A DNA stretch of 64,000 bases from the NCBI GenBank assembly GCA_963976765.1, contig CAXBME010000001.1, forward strand, positions 248,001 through 312,000, given 5' to 3'. A program made the translations under genes and the position numbers. The notes below the pieces were generated by a model, which did not search any database, was not told the origin of the DNA, and saw only the letters and a list, made by a program, of their open reading frames with translations. Shown here in pieces: positions 40,087 through 51,700 of this stretch. This DNA comes from an uncultured Planctomycetaceae bacterium (GTDB taxonomy: Bacteria > Planctomycetota > Planctomycetia > Planctomycetales > Planctomycetaceae). Position 1 is the first letter of the stretch, and each line of letters opens with the position of its first letter.

Positions 40087-40122
40087 ATTGAAACTGGATT
40101 GAAAATTGAAACTGGATTGAAA
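40087..40122 (+). repeat. Perfect 18-bp tandem duplication
   Basis: ATTGAAACTGGATTGAAA x2, ending 60 bp upstream of the ATG at 40183. Confidence 0.9.
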
Positions 40123-40182
40123 TCAGAAGTTGTAGCCGGCTGAATTGCTCTGCAGCAGCGACTGAAAATTGGATATCGGAAC

Positions 40183-41109
40183 ATGGCTGCTGCTAATCAG
40201 TTTGCTGTTGAACATGGCTTTGCGGATGAATACCCGTTTGAGTCTCATTTCGCCGAGGTCAATGGTGAGAAGCTCCATTACATCGACGAAGGATCTGGCG
40301 AAACAATCCTTTGCGTTCATGGAAATCCAACGTGGTCCTTCGCGTGGAGAAACGTCGTTCGAAAACTGAGCGACCGGTACCGAGTCATCGCCATCGATCA
40401 TCTCGGGTGCGGGTTGTCCAGCAGGCCGCCGGGACATCGTTACTCGCTGGCAGGACATATCGCCAATCTCCAGGCCCTGGTAACACAGCTTGATCTGAAT
40501 CAGATCACTTTGTTCGCTCACGACTGGGGTGGTGCCATCGGGATGGGGGCAGCCGGCAGGATGCCGGAGCGGTTTTCGAGATTCGCACTTTTCAATACGG
40601 CAGCATTTCGTTCGAAACGGATTCCGCTTCGGATTGCCGTCTGCCGGATTCCGCTGTTCGGGACGTTTGCGTTACGAGGGCTCAATGCGTTCAGCAGAGC
40701 CGCGATCACGATGGCCGTCGAGAAGCATGATCGGATGACACCCGCCGTCAAACGAGGTTACCTCGCTCCGTACAATTCGTGGGCGAATCGTGCGGCAGTT
40801 AATGCCTTTGTGAAAGACATTCCGTTGCGTGCGTCGCATCCGTCGTGGTCGACGCTGGTCGACGTGGAAAACGGGCTGGAGCAGTTCAAAGAGCACCCCA
40901 TGCTGCTGGTGTGGGGCGAGCGTGACTGGTGCTTTACGACGAAGTTTCTCGACGAGTTTGAAGAGCGATTCCCCAGAGCGGAAACGTTCCGAATTCCAGA
41001 CGGAGGTCATTACATCTTTGAGGATTCGTACGAGATCTTCCTCCCTCGTGTGCAAGAGTTCCTCGGCCAGTCACCATTGCAGAGTAGCCACGATCTTGAG
41101 GTTTATTGA
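40183..41109 (+). CDS. Haloalkane dehalogenase-family hydrolase, OleB-like
   Basis: HGNPTWSF, DHLGCGLS, HDWGGAIG (Asp nucleophile), FVKDIPL, WGERDWCF and GHY motifs. Confidence 0.85.
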   Translation: MAAANQFAVEHGFADEYPFESHFAEVNGEKLHYIDEGSGETILCVHGNPTWSFAWRNVVRKLSDRYRVIAIDHLGCGLSSRPPGHRYSLAGHIANLQALVTQLDLNQITLFAHDWGGAIGMGAAGRMPERFSRFALFNTAAFRSKRIPLRIAVCRIPLFGTFALRGLNAFSRAAITMAVEKHDRMTPAVKRGYLAPYNSWANRAAVNAFVKDIPLRASHPSWSTLVDVENGLEQFKEHPMLLVWGERDWCFTTKFLDEFEERFPRAETFRIPDGGHYIFEDSYEIFLPRVQEFLGQSPLQSSHDLEVY

Positions 41110-41160
41110 CAAGTAGCCGTTTCATTCAGCGATATCAGCAGACGTCACCGGGAACGACGG

Positions 41161-42483
41161 ATGCAGAATCGGAATGTGACCTCAATTATGAACAAGGGCC
41201 ACGTTATGAATTATGTCTCCTGGACGATCTGTTGGCTGAGCGTCGTATTGACGTCGGTAGAAAACGCTGGCGCCGAATCGCACGTGGGTCGAGCGAACAA
41301 TGGTGACGATCGCCAGGTTCCCGTGCAGATCCTGAACATCCCCGGTTCCGGCACTGACGAAGAAGCGATCGACTACGCCGCGCTGCCGGTTCTTCGCGGG
41401 CAGCACGCCATCGTCAATGTCGTCAAGCCGGGACCTGATGCCGAATCGCCAGACAAAATTGACATGCATCACCTGAGGCTCAACCTGCACAACTACCTGG
41501 TGCATCATGATGGGAAATTCTGGTGCATCTGGAGCGACGGTCCGAAGGTTGAAGACTGGCCAACTCAGGAAGTCAAATTCGCCACCAGCGATGACGGGCT
41601 GACGTGGAGCCCTGCTCAAAGTGTTACTGGCACGCCGAAAGAACCGCACGCATTTATTGCAAGAGGCCTGTGGATTCGAGACGGGCAACTGCTGGCTCTG
41701 GCCGCTCACTATCAGGGCAAAGGGGCGTTCGGTGCGCAGGAACAGAAGCAGCTTGAGCTTGTCGCTTACCGATTCGGCGATGCTGCACAGAAGTGGTCAA
41801 AGCTCGGTCGAGTTTACGACAACGCGATCAATAACTTTCCGCCTCAGAAATTGGAGACTGGCGACTGGATCGTCACTCGCCGGGATTCCCGGTTCAACGT
41901 CACCGTGCTGATTGGCGGCCAGAAATCGATTGACGACTGGCAGGCGTTTTCCGTCGTTGGCATCGGAGAGGTTAAGGGCTTTCGTCCTGACGAACCAATC
42001 TTCTGGCCACTGACGGGTGGGAAGCTGTTTGCATTGTTTCGTGACAACGGCGGATCGCAGCGGTTGTTTCACTCGGTGTCTTGTGACCAGGGGCGATCCT
42101 GGGATCAGCCCGTCCTGACAAACTTTCCAAATTCAAGCAGCAAACTGTTTTCGATGAAGACAAGCCGAGGCTACCGAGTCATCGTTCTGAACGCGAACCC
42201 GAAAGTCGGTCGCCGCGAAATCCACCTGGCAGTCAGTTCGGACGGCGAATCGTTTACTCGTCTCGCACGGCTTGGTGTTCCATCGCCACTTTCGATTCCG
42301 TCGTCTGTGTCACGAATCACGAAGAAGTTTGAGTCAGGCATCGCGAGCCTTCAGTACCCGCACGTCATCGAGCACGACGGACATCTCTTCATCGCAATGT
42401 CTCGTGGAAAAGTTCAGACGGAAATTTTTCGTGTCGACCTTGACGATGTCGACACCTTACTTGACGAGCCGCGTGCTGATTAG
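41161..42483 (+). CDS. BNR/Asp-box repeat (sialidase-like) protein; start may be at 41206
   Basis: Asp-boxes TSDDGLTW, SCDQGRSW and SSDGESF; DEP and QYPH motifs. Confidence 0.8.
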   Translation: MQNRNVTSIMNKGHVMNYVSWTICWLSVVLTSVENAGAESHVGRANNGDDRQVPVQILNIPGSGTDEEAIDYAALPVLRGQHAIVNVVKPGPDAESPDKIDMHHLRLNLHNYLVHHDGKFWCIWSDGPKVEDWPTQEVKFATSDDGLTWSPAQSVTGTPKEPHAFIARGLWIRDGQLLALAAHYQGKGAFGAQEQKQLELVAYRFGDAAQKWSKLGRVYDNAINNFPPQKLETGDWIVTRRDSRFNVTVLIGGQKSIDDWQAFSVVGIGEVKGFRPDEPIFWPLTGGKLFALFRDNGGSQRLFHSVSCDQGRSWDQPVLTNFPNSSSKLFSMKTSRGYRVIVLNANPKVGRREIHLAVSSDGESFTRLARLGVPSPLSIPSSVSRITKKFESGIASLQYPHVIEHDGHLFIAMSRGKVQTEIFRVDLDDVDTLLDEPRAD

Positions 42484-43292
42484 AGTGCACACGGTTGCTT
42501 CGGTGATGTCGCGATTTGCCAGCGAATCACTGACGCAACGGCTGATCTGCGAGTTTGTCCCGGAAGATTCTCAGTGCGAAGGCCGTTGAGATTCCGTCGT
42601 CGAATCGCTGCTTCCGGTTTACCCAGGGGGCAGAAAAATGGTCGACAGACGATTTCTGTCGTCATGGTCGGTGGCGCTTTCAGCAGATACGGCATCGCGT
42701 TCTGCACGGCCAGATCGGACTCGTCACCACATTCGGAGAGCGACATCGTTTTCAGTGTTGCCAGTCCTGTGGCACTACCGGGATCATTGGCCGTGCCTGT
42801 CCATGAATCATCCGCCTGTTGTTGTATTAAGAAAAAATTGATGGCTCGACTTCGAGTCGCTTCGACCGTCTTTTTCTCTGCGTGATCTTCTCATCACGAA
42901 GGCTGATTTTTCGTACGCGTTTTTCACCAGGAGCAAGTGTCAGTTACTCCTCGTGGAGCGTTGTACGCTCGCTGTCGTTGACAACGCTGCCAGTCAGAAC
43001 GATCGGCTCATTAGGCAACTCCGTTGCCTGATGAACAGGTTGGCCAGGCTACACGGATCCGGTCAGGCCGATGCTTTACCGGTCACCAGAACCGCAAACG
43101 CAACGGTTACCCCGACTGGCCCGACCTCTGGCGAGACTGGGAAAACTCCAACCCATACTCGACGGTTACGACGCCGAAACGCGAATAAAATGCGGAAAAA
43201 TCCAAGGATGCGACGCAGCGATCCCGGCAGGTCCAATGGTGCGTTAAGGCCTGCCCTGTGTCACTGAAGTTTGGCGTCGGCAGGTGTCCACG

Positions 43293-43327
43293 AAAAACGG
43301 GAGCAGCATATGCCGCCCCCGTTTTTT
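43293..43327 (-). terminator. Intrinsic terminator after the CxxCH protein gene
   Basis: The minus strand reads cgggggcggcatatgctgctcccg-ttttt, an 11-bp stem (two G-U pairs) followed by a U-run. Confidence 0.75.
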
Positions 43328-43363
43328 GTCGCGAATCAGTGTCTCACACATTTGCAGTCGCTG

Positions 43364-44800
43364 TCAGTCGTTCGCCGGTCCTCGACGAATTTTGATCACG
43401 TTCCGCAGTGTTGCGCTGCCTTCTGCTGCGTCAGTGGTCACGGCAGGCGCTCGTCCAGAACTCTTCATTCGAGGACCTGGCGCTGAAACAACAGCCGGAT
43501 TAAAGTAGCCCTTCTGAGTTCTCGATTTCCAGTCGTAGAAGTTCTGCAGCGAGATTGCCAGTTGCAGCGAGTAATCCGTGCTGTAGGCCTTGCCGTCCGT
43601 AAATGGAACGCCGCATGGCAGATTGCGAAACCAGCGCATCCAGGCCTTCGATCCGGGTTTGATGTTCGACGTTGCCGACGAGAACTGCGGATTCATCTGT
43701 GCCAGCGCCGGGTACTCGGCCGTCGAATGGCAGGACATGCACGACGAGTTGTAGTAGTCCAGCGGGCCGTTCAATCGAGCTCCGAAGCCCAGGTGCTGAG
43801 GCGGCAGTTCGTCACTCGGATTGATGATGACTTCCTTGAGCTGATCGTTGAATGTCGTTTGTGGTGGAAAGGGCTGGCCGTCGGCGTTCATTTTGCGAGG
43901 CTCGTTCGTGACTGTCGGATCGTCGCCCCAGGCCAGGCCCACCGGTACCAGATTTTCCCACGGATTCTTGTGATTCAACGCTCCGTTATAACAGAAGTTG
44001 CCGAACAGCCAGCCAGTTGGTGCCCGGTCATCGCGAATCATCACGTCCATCTGAATCAGATTAACGTCCTGTACGGAGCGTTTGGTGTCATTGTCCGACT
44101 GTTCGGCGTACGCCTTCCATGTGATCGGATTCTGCAGGTAAGGCACAGCAGTCGGCGGAGCCTGTGTAAACAGAATCTTGAAAACGATGGTGCCCGGCGG
44201 GAATTTCGCAACCGTCGGGTCCGGTTGCATCTCGTTCTTCCAGACAGCTCCAATCGTGTAGGCCCCAACGGAGTTGTAAACGCCGACCGCGTAGGACTGG
44301 TATGAGTCCGTTTGCTGAGCAGCAAGCTGCAGTGGTTTGGCCGTTGCCTCTTTCGTCAGGCCGTGAATGGCTTCCCGACCGTTCTCTCCCCAGTGCTGCC
44401 ACGGAACGTGGTACCACTTGCGAATAGGATTGTCCTGCCCCTGAAACTCGACTTCGATATTGCCCTCGAAGCAGTAGTCACGAACTGTCAGCAGGTACTT
44501 TTTCCAGGCGTCATTTTCCGGGCCGTAGGGCATCTTCATGATCTTTTTCAGACCGGCATCCCAAGGCTGCGGCTGAGCCGGAAAGTCCTGGCTCAGCCGA
44601 AACAGTGGCCCCTCGTACTCGTCCGGCGACGGAACGTAATCGCCGTTCGCGTCCGGAAATCGGTGACTGTACTGGTCTCGGGAATTTGCTGAAGGCTGCG
44701 GTTGCTGTGCAACGGCAATCTGGCTGTCAGGCTGGCTCGACAGTAAATATGCCGCAGTCCACATTAAGAGCATCGTCGTCGAAATTGTGACTCGTTTCAT
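43364..44800 (-). CDS. Secreted hypothetical protein with a single CxxCH
   Basis: Signal peptide from ATG 44800; LVPVGLAWGDDP and RLNGPLDYYNSSCMSCH. Confidence 0.75.
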   Translation of the reverse strand: MKRVTISTTMLLMWTAAYLLSSQPDSQIAVAQQPQPSANSRDQYSHRFPDANGDYVPSPDEYEGPLFRLSQDFPAQPQPWDAGLKKIMKMPYGPENDAWKKYLLTVRDYCFEGNIEVEFQGQDNPIRKWYHVPWQHWGENGREAIHGLTKEATAKPLQLAAQQTDSYQSYAVGVYNSVGAYTIGAVWKNEMQPDPTVAKFPPGTIVFKILFTQAPPTAVPYLQNPITWKAYAEQSDNDTKRSVQDVNLIQMDVMIRDDRAPTGWLFGNFCYNGALNHKNPWENLVPVGLAWGDDPTVTNEPRKMNADGQPFPPQTTFNDQLKEVIINPSDELPPQHLGFGARLNGPLDYYNSSCMSCHSTAEYPALAQMNPQFSSATSNIKPGSKAWMRWFRNLPCGVPFTDGKAYSTDYSLQLAISLQNFYDWKSRTQKGYFNPAVVSAPGPRMKSSGRAPAVTTDAAEGSATLRNVIKIRRGPAND

Positions 44801-45389
44801 TGTCGTTCTCCTTCTGGACGTGACTCGAATCTGGTCGATCGGTGACTTCAGAGAGCTGCCGCACAGGTAGTTCCCAGGCACGTCGGCTCGTCCTTAACAG
44901 GGCGCAGGACGCCGTGTAATTTCGGGGCCGCCCTTCTGGCCTGCCGCATCGTGAGCGAAGTCAGGAATCGGAACAGAATATGCAACAGTTGATCTGTATA
45001 GTGAGGAAGGGTTCGGTGGTCAACTGTTCGCGTTGCGGCGCTGGCGGTTGCCCGGCTTCCAGACCACCTGGTTCTTCAGACTCTCGACGTACAACGCCCG
45101 GAGAATTGAGGGAAGTCCCAGGTTTACGCCGCCTCTTTGCAGTGGACGGCTGACTCAGGACGTGTTGCCGTCGCCGTCACAGTCTCCGCGGATGCGGCAA
45201 CCACTCGCGGGTGGGGCGATCATGGGCACAGTTCGAAGTGCTTCATGTCGTGTTGACGAGCGACGTCGGTCACCAGGAACGCGTCCAGTTTTTCAACCCG
45301 GCACCCAACGCTTCTATCCACTTTTTCATCCAGGCAGCTGCTCCGTCAGCAAGTGAATACTCACCGATACTGGTGGGATCGGCGTTGGA

Positions 45390-46220
45390 CTACTGATAGA
45401 CCCGGACGTAGTCGATGAGGAATTGTTGCGGGAATTTTGTGGTTTCGTTGGGTGGTCCGACGAAATGACCACCGACCGACAGGTTCAGGAGAAGATGAAA
45501 TTTCTGATCAAACGGAGCGGGGAACTCGCCGTTTTCACTGTGCCATTTGGTCTGCGTTTGCCAGGGAGTACCGTCGATTGACCAGACGATTTTCCCTTCT
45601 GTCCAGTCAACGGCAAAGGTGTGGAAGTCGTCGCTGAATGAGCCCGTTTTCAGTTTGAATGTGTCGCCGGAGTAAACATTCTTTGGCCAGCCCGCTCCGT
45701 AATGCAGTGTGCCGAGCACTTCGTTCGGAGTCTGCCCGCGGTATTCCATGATGTCGATCTCACCGCTGGAGGCCCACCCTCCGTATTTTTCATCGGTTGG
45801 CAGCATCCAGATGGCAGGCCAGATGCCCTGTCCGATGGGCATTTTTGCTCGGACCTCGACGCGACCGTACTTCCAGTCTCCTCGATGCTTCGTTCTGACT
45901 CGGCCTGACGAATACTCACGCACGGTTCCGCTGATACCTGCGTGATCGCGATGAGCCTCGATCACCAGATGACCATTCTCGACCCGGACATTCTTTGGTC
46001 GGTCCGTGAAAATCTGCAATTCCTGATTTCCGCCACCGAATGCGTTTTCCTGCACACCCCATCGGGAATAGTCCAGTGACTTACCGTCAAATTCATCGCT
46101 CCAGACAAGCTTCATCTTCTCTGGTGGGGCGACTGGTTTTTCCTGGGCCATCGTGACGATGGAACTTGTCAGGCACCACAAAGTGCAAATGGCCGAACAG
46201 CAAACTGAATTCAACGACAT
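45390..46220 (-). CDS. Glycoside hydrolase family 16 (beta-glucanase/laminarinase-like)
   Basis: WSDEFDG, YGRVEVRAKMP, WPAIWML, catalytic GEIDIME and IDYVRVYQ motifs. Confidence 0.95.
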   Translation of the reverse strand: MSLNSVCCSAICTLWCLTSSIVTMAQEKPVAPPEKMKLVWSDEFDGKSLDYSRWGVQENAFGGGNQELQIFTDRPKNVRVENGHLVIEAHRDHAGISGTVREYSSGRVRTKHRGDWKYGRVEVRAKMPIGQGIWPAIWMLPTDEKYGGWASSGEIDIMEYRGQTPNEVLGTLHYGAGWPKNVYSGDTFKLKTGSFSDDFHTFAVDWTEGKIVWSIDGTPWQTQTKWHSENGEFPAPFDQKFHLLLNLSVGGHFVGPPNETTKFPQQFLIDYVRVYQ

Positions 46221-46292
46221 GTTGGTTTCCGGATGATTGGGTCGATCAGTAAGTCCAGGTCAGCCCGTCGTCGATGCGTGATTCCCCGCGCA

Positions 46293-47741
46293 TCAGACGA
46301 GAGTCGGAACTTCATAGCCGGCGCGGTACTGGCGTTTCAGGAACTCGTTGGCCGCTGCCGAGTGCTCGCCGACGAAGACTTCTTTTTCGACGTCGACATG
46401 CAGCATCGGACTGAGTTTGATTTCCGAACTGGCGATGTCGATTCCGTGTGCTCCGAGATGTTTTTCGGTCTCACTCAGCAGGCTGCTCCAGATGCCGCGG
46501 TCGCCGTCGACTTCCTTTGCGGCTTCATGTGTGAACGTGCTGCCGGCTCGGAACGCGATGTTGGCGAGGTTGCACCACCCTGTCGAAAGGTGACCGACTT
46601 CGACGTCCGTATTCAGCGTGGACGAATCACGTGACCGCACGGCGTTGATGAAGTTTGCCTGGTGTAGATCGTTTCCGCCCTGGCCCTTGAAGGATCTGAT
46701 TTTCCTGCCGTCTTTGTCAAAGGCTGCTCCGCTGCCCCGTTGACCTTCGAACCGACCGCCTTCGCAGTAGGCGATGTACCCGCTGCCGGGGCCAGGATGT
46801 TGGGCCGCACCTCTTTTGCCAGGAGCTTCGGTCAGATTACTCAGCCCGATGACGACCGGAATCGAGCCGGTATCGAAGTAGACGAAATGGACGTTCGGAG
46901 TATCGCCGGCATCGTTCCAGGCAACTCGTCCACCGCCGCCGCAGATGCGTTCTGGCAGCGAAACCTTGTCCTGAAAAACGTTGTTGCGGAGGTCGTCCAG
47001 AACGTGGACGCCCCAGTTGCCCATCTCGCCCGAGCCGGTGTTCCAGTCCCAGTGCCAGTCGTACTGAAGTTTGTTGCGGAAGATCGGCTTGTCCTGAGCG
47101 GGGCCGAGCCACAGATCGTAATTCACTTCGGATGCAATCTTCAGAGGTGTTGAGGTCTTGCCGATCGATCCTCGCACACCGTAGCGGTTGACTCGTGCTG
47201 AAATGATTTCGCCGAGACCTTTTTCCTCGTGCAGAAACTTTTTGATTTCAGCCTGCATCGGGTCAGAACGCTGCTGCGTACCGACCTGGCAGATCCGTTT
47301 GTGCTTCCGAGCGGCGGCGACCGTCTGCTGGCCTTCCCACTGGCTGTGCGACAGCGGCTTTTCGACATAGACATCTTTGCCGGCTTCCATAGCCCAGATC
47401 GCGGCCAGGCAGTGCCAATGGTTACATGTCGCGACGACGACGGCGTCAACTCCATCGTCGTCGATGAGATCGCGCAGGTCAGCGTAGCCCTTCGCGTTCG
47501 GGTATCGCTTTTTGGTCGCGGCGACACGGCCAGCATCGGGGTCGCACAGAGCGGTAATTTTCACCCCGTCGATTTTGTCGAACATCCTCATCAATTCGTT
47601 GGCTCGTCCGCCGCAACTGATGAATCCGAGATTGATTTCGTCGTTCGCGCTGGCGGCGAAGGAGCGGTGCGATGCGGTTGCGAGGAAAGCTCCGGCGGCG
47701 ATCCCGGACTGAATGAACTGGCGGCGAGTTGATTGCGTCAT
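46293..47741 (-). CDS. Tat-exported Gfo/Idh/MocA oxidoreductase
   Basis: STRRQFI, DVYVEKP, QVGTQQRS, YDLWLGPA and NWGVHVLD motifs. Confidence 0.93.
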   Translation of the reverse strand: MTQSTRRQFIQSGIAAGAFLATASHRSFAASANDEINLGFISCGGRANELMRMFDKIDGVKITALCDPDAGRVAATKKRYPNAKGYADLRDLIDDDGVDAVVVATCNHWHCLAAIWAMEAGKDVYVEKPLSHSQWEGQQTVAAARKHKRICQVGTQQRSDPMQAEIKKFLHEEKGLGEIISARVNRYGVRGSIGKTSTPLKIASEVNYDLWLGPAQDKPIFRNKLQYDWHWDWNTGSGEMGNWGVHVLDDLRNNVFQDKVSLPERICGGGGRVAWNDAGDTPNVHFVYFDTGSIPVVIGLSNLTEAPGKRGAAQHPGPGSGYIAYCEGGRFEGQRGSGAAFDKDGRKIRSFKGQGGNDLHQANFINAVRSRDSSTLNTDVEVGHLSTGWCNLANIAFRAGSTFTHEAAKEVDGDRGIWSSLLSETEKHLGAHGIDIASSEIKLSPMLHVDVEKEVFVGEHSAAANEFLKRQYRAGYEVPTLV

Positions 47742-48032
47742 GGAGCTATGTCCTGTTGAAAGTGAGTGACGTTTTCAAAGGGGCGAATTTCGAGTCGTGC
47801 ATACTATCAGGATTTTTCTGAAATCGGCATCGTTCACGGAATCGATTGGCGACTTACTGTGAAAGCCGTTCTGGTGAAGTCTGCACGTGCAGCCAATGCG
47901 GAAGTACGGCCAATCCAGAAGCAGCATTGGCGAGACTCGACACACGCCAGCGCCAGTCTTCGCAGGCTGATGCAACAGGCATCGCGCTCCAGGTTCGGTG
48001 CGTTGGTGAAGCCAGGAACTGGTCGCGGAGCC

Positions 48033-48665
48033 TTAATCGGGTGACGAGAGTTGAGGGAGTCTCCAGTCCCAACGAACTGCAGCCAGTCGCATCGTCACAA
48101 TGAAGGCGATGGTGGAGGGAACCGAGTACGACTGAGGCACCGATAGGGCGTTCAACAGGAAGAGGCACCAGCAACCGAGGAACGAACAGGTTGCGAAGAG
48201 CGGAGCCGTTCCAAACAGACTGGGCACGCGGTTGCAGACGACGTCGCCGATGACACCTCCGAAGGTGCCGGTCACGACTCCCAGAATCGAGCCGATGAAC
48301 AGAGACGTTCCGGCGTCGACAGAGGCCGTCGCTCCCACGACCGAGAAGAGTCCCAGCCCAAGAGCGTCCGGCACGTGAAGGACTCGTTCAGCGGCGGCCG
48401 GAAGTTTCGGGACGACAGAGACTACGATTGCTACCAGAAAGACAATCACCGGGTAGTGATCTTCCTGAATCCAGAACAGCGGGTGCCTGTCCAGAAACAG
48501 ATCCCGCAGAGTGCCGCCGCCAAACGCTACGATTAACGCCACGCTGGCGACACCGACAAAGTCCATATTGTGCCGACGAGCCAGTAACGCTCCGTACGTG
48601 CCGCCGGAAATGACGGCTAACAACTCAATGATCGAATACATCGGTACGAACCGTTCCCGAAACAT
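48033..48665 (-). CDS. Trimeric intracellular cation channel / UPF0126 membrane protein
   Basis: MDFVGV, GGGTLRDL, DALGLGLF and GTFGGVIGDVV motifs. Confidence 0.9.
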   Translation of the reverse strand: MFRERFVPMYSIIELLAVISGGTYGALLARRHNMDFVGVASVALIVAFGGGTLRDLFLDRHPLFWIQEDHYPVIVFLVAIVVSVVPKLPAAAERVLHVPDALGLGLFSVVGATASVDAGTSLFIGSILGVVTGTFGGVIGDVVCNRVPSLFGTAPLFATCSFLGCWCLFLLNALSVPQSYSVPSTIAFIVTMRLAAVRWDWRLPQLSSPD

Positions 48666-48701
48666 CGCCCAGCACGACTGATTGCAGTGGTGACTTCAAT
48701 C

Positions 48702-51700
48702 CTACGGGACAAAGGCACCATTCACCGGGAAGCCACCGGTTGTCGAATTATTCGGGATCTGGTGCGTTGTCGTCGCTCCATTGATCACGTTGTTGATGCT
48801 GCCTGACAGCGAGACTGTTCCACCGGTTTCGACAGCCTGGAAAATGATACCGCGGTCCATTGCCAGGCTCGGACTGTTAAACAGGAACTGGTTGTTTTCG
48901 ATGGTGACTCGTGATTGATCGGCGATCGTTGGGAACAGCACGGCAGTGGCTGCTCCGCCATCGTCGGTAAGAAGGTTCGAGAAGATGCCGACGTCGCCTG
49001 CTTCCAGCAGAGTCAATGACATACCGACTCCCGTCTGACCGTTGAAGTCGAGCGTGTTCGACGCGATCGTCAGCAGAGACTGTCCGGCAGCCACAATGTT
49101 CGCGCCCGTTCCGCCTGCGCCGTCGAAGCGGAAGTCGTTGTTCTGCACGGCGACTGTCGACAGCGCCGTTGTTGATGCGCCGTTGAATCGAAGTCCGGTC
49201 GTTGATGAAGCAACACCGGTGAGTGTGTTGCTGTTAATCGCCACGGCGCTTGGTCCGTTCCAGTTGATGTCAAACGCGTCCGTGCCCGCGCTGTTAAGAG
49301 TCATCAGGTTACCGGACGCCACAACGGTGAGACTGGCTCCTTCGCCACCTGCTTGAGTCGAGAGGTTGAACAGGTCGCCCGCATCAGAAACCAGAGAGTT
49401 ATTGGCAAAGGCATAACTGTAACTGTCAACCGTGTTGACTGTTCCGTTCAGCAGACCGATCGTGTTTCCGGTGTTGATGTTTGAACCGGAAATTTCCAGG
49501 CCCTTCGTGTTCTGAGTCACGAACATGGTGTTCGGCGACAGGGCACCGCCGGTCGTATTCGAGATATTGGCGGCGGCGACGGTAATGCTGGAACTGCCCA
49601 CGTCAGACAGCACATGCTGGTTCTGGTCGAAGTCGACAAACTGCAGGAACACGGTTCCGGCATTTGACAACGTAACACCAGTTGTTGTGTTCTGAATCAG
49701 GCCGCCTGAACCAGCGGTTCGCGATCCGTCACCGAGTGCCGCGAACGTTCCTGCTGTGTCTGCAATGTTGACGGCGAACGGGCCGCCATCGGCGAAGATG
49801 CTTCTCAGTCGAACGTCGATCAGCGAGTCAGAAATGTTCGCAACTGCGCCCGAGTTTGTGGCTGCAATTGTTCCGTTGATAATCTGCAATGAAGACGCGT
49901 TGCTGGCGAGAAGTCCCGTCTGGCCATTTGCGGCGATGTTCACTTCGTTGAAGAAGACCTGACCTTCGACGACGTCGGTCGTGCCCGCATCGTCGACGGT
50001 GTCGTGAACGTGAATGCCCGGCCCCGCATTTCCGGAAACCGAAGTCAGCCCGTTGAAGATCACGGTTCCGGTGTTACCCGTGACTTCGATGCCGGTGCCC
50101 GTTCCGCCGGTCACGGTGACATCTTTAAGCTGGACATCGCCAGCGACGGTGGAAATCAGAACGCCCGATCCACTGTCCTGAACCGTCGCGTTTCTCAGAT
50201 CGACGGTCGTGTCTGCCGACGTGTTTTCAATCAGCAGCGACCGGCCCATCGTGTTGGAAATCGCCCCGGCCAGCGTGACATCCGCCGTCGAGCCATCAAG
50301 ATGGAACGACGCGCCAGTGGCATCACCGAGCGTCAGGCCGGTCAGCGTGGTTGGTCCAGCGACATTTTCCAGGAACAGGTTGTCCAGTCCGGAGCCACTG
50401 ACTGTCAGGTCGGAGAGAGTCACATTGCTCATGCCCGATCCGATGATGCCATGTCCGGTTGCATTGGTGATGGACAGTCCAGCGACTCGCGAATTCGATG
50501 CCAGCGTGACCGCGTTACCCGCAACGGAGTCGATAATTGGTGTCCCCGTGCCGGCTGAGAAGTCTGGCACATCGATCAGCCCGAAGCCGTCGGCGACAAT
50601 CTGCTGACCGGTTTTCTCGCCCAGCAGAAACTGTCCGTCGGCCAGAGTGATTGCCGAAGTCAGAGTCGTACCGGCCTGAACAAGCAGAATGTCGCTGGTC
50701 GAAGGCAGGTCTCCATCCGCAGAGATCTGAGCGACCGAATACCCGGCGGCAGTCGACGGGTTGACGGCCGTGATGCCGGTTTGAGTCTGGATGCGGCGCG
50801 AGACGATCACGTTGTAATTACGCTGCGAGAATCGACCGAGGTGCCGTTCACGGCGTCGAGCTGAAGGACGTTCGGCGGACAGGCTGCCAGGCAGAACCAG
50901 CGAGCCACCGAAGATCACGTTCGTTCCGAATTCATCGTCTTCCGTAAATTCGACCTGTGCCGTCATGACCTGGTTGATGTCGCCCTGCAACCGGACTTTG
51001 ACTCCGTTGATGTCGTCAGTTTCGTCGCCCGAAAAGAAGTACCAGCCAGCGTAAGCCCGCACTTCGTGCTCGTGGGCAAAGTCGGTCGGAATCAGAAAGC
51101 CGAATTCAAAGTCAACACCCGGCATTGCTTCGCCGCGGTCCTTCACCTGGTCGAACAGAATTGAGGTGCCGCCCGCTCCGAATCGTGAATTCGTGTTGCG
51201 GACCGAAAAGTTTTTCGTGTCATCGCCGACGGGGATGTAGACGTTGCCGAAGACGTCCCAGTCGTCGCCCATCATCTCCAGACTGACACCGACCTGATTG
51301 AAATATTCCGTGCTGGTGTTGTCGCCGTCGTACCAGATGCTGGCTCCCACGACGTGGTCAAGTTCTTCGATCCACTGCCGATAGCCGAGTCCCAGGTTCG
51401 CTCCGATTTCTCCGTGGTTGTCGATGAACAGTCGCCAGTCTGAGTACAGAGCGGCGTTGTCCAGCGGGATCATCGGCATCAGCTCGACGTGAGTGATCGA
51501 TGAATCACGACCAAACGTTTCAAACGCCAGGTGCCCGACACGAGCACGCCAGTTTGTGGCTCCGTTGTCAATCCGTTGCAGCGGCGGAGCGTCGTCAGAA
51601 TCAAAGCCTCGCGTCCGATTTTCGTTCGCGTTGAACTCGTCGAACAGGTCCGAGCCGAACTGCCCGTAGGTGACGCTCGACATGCCGGACAGCACGCTCG

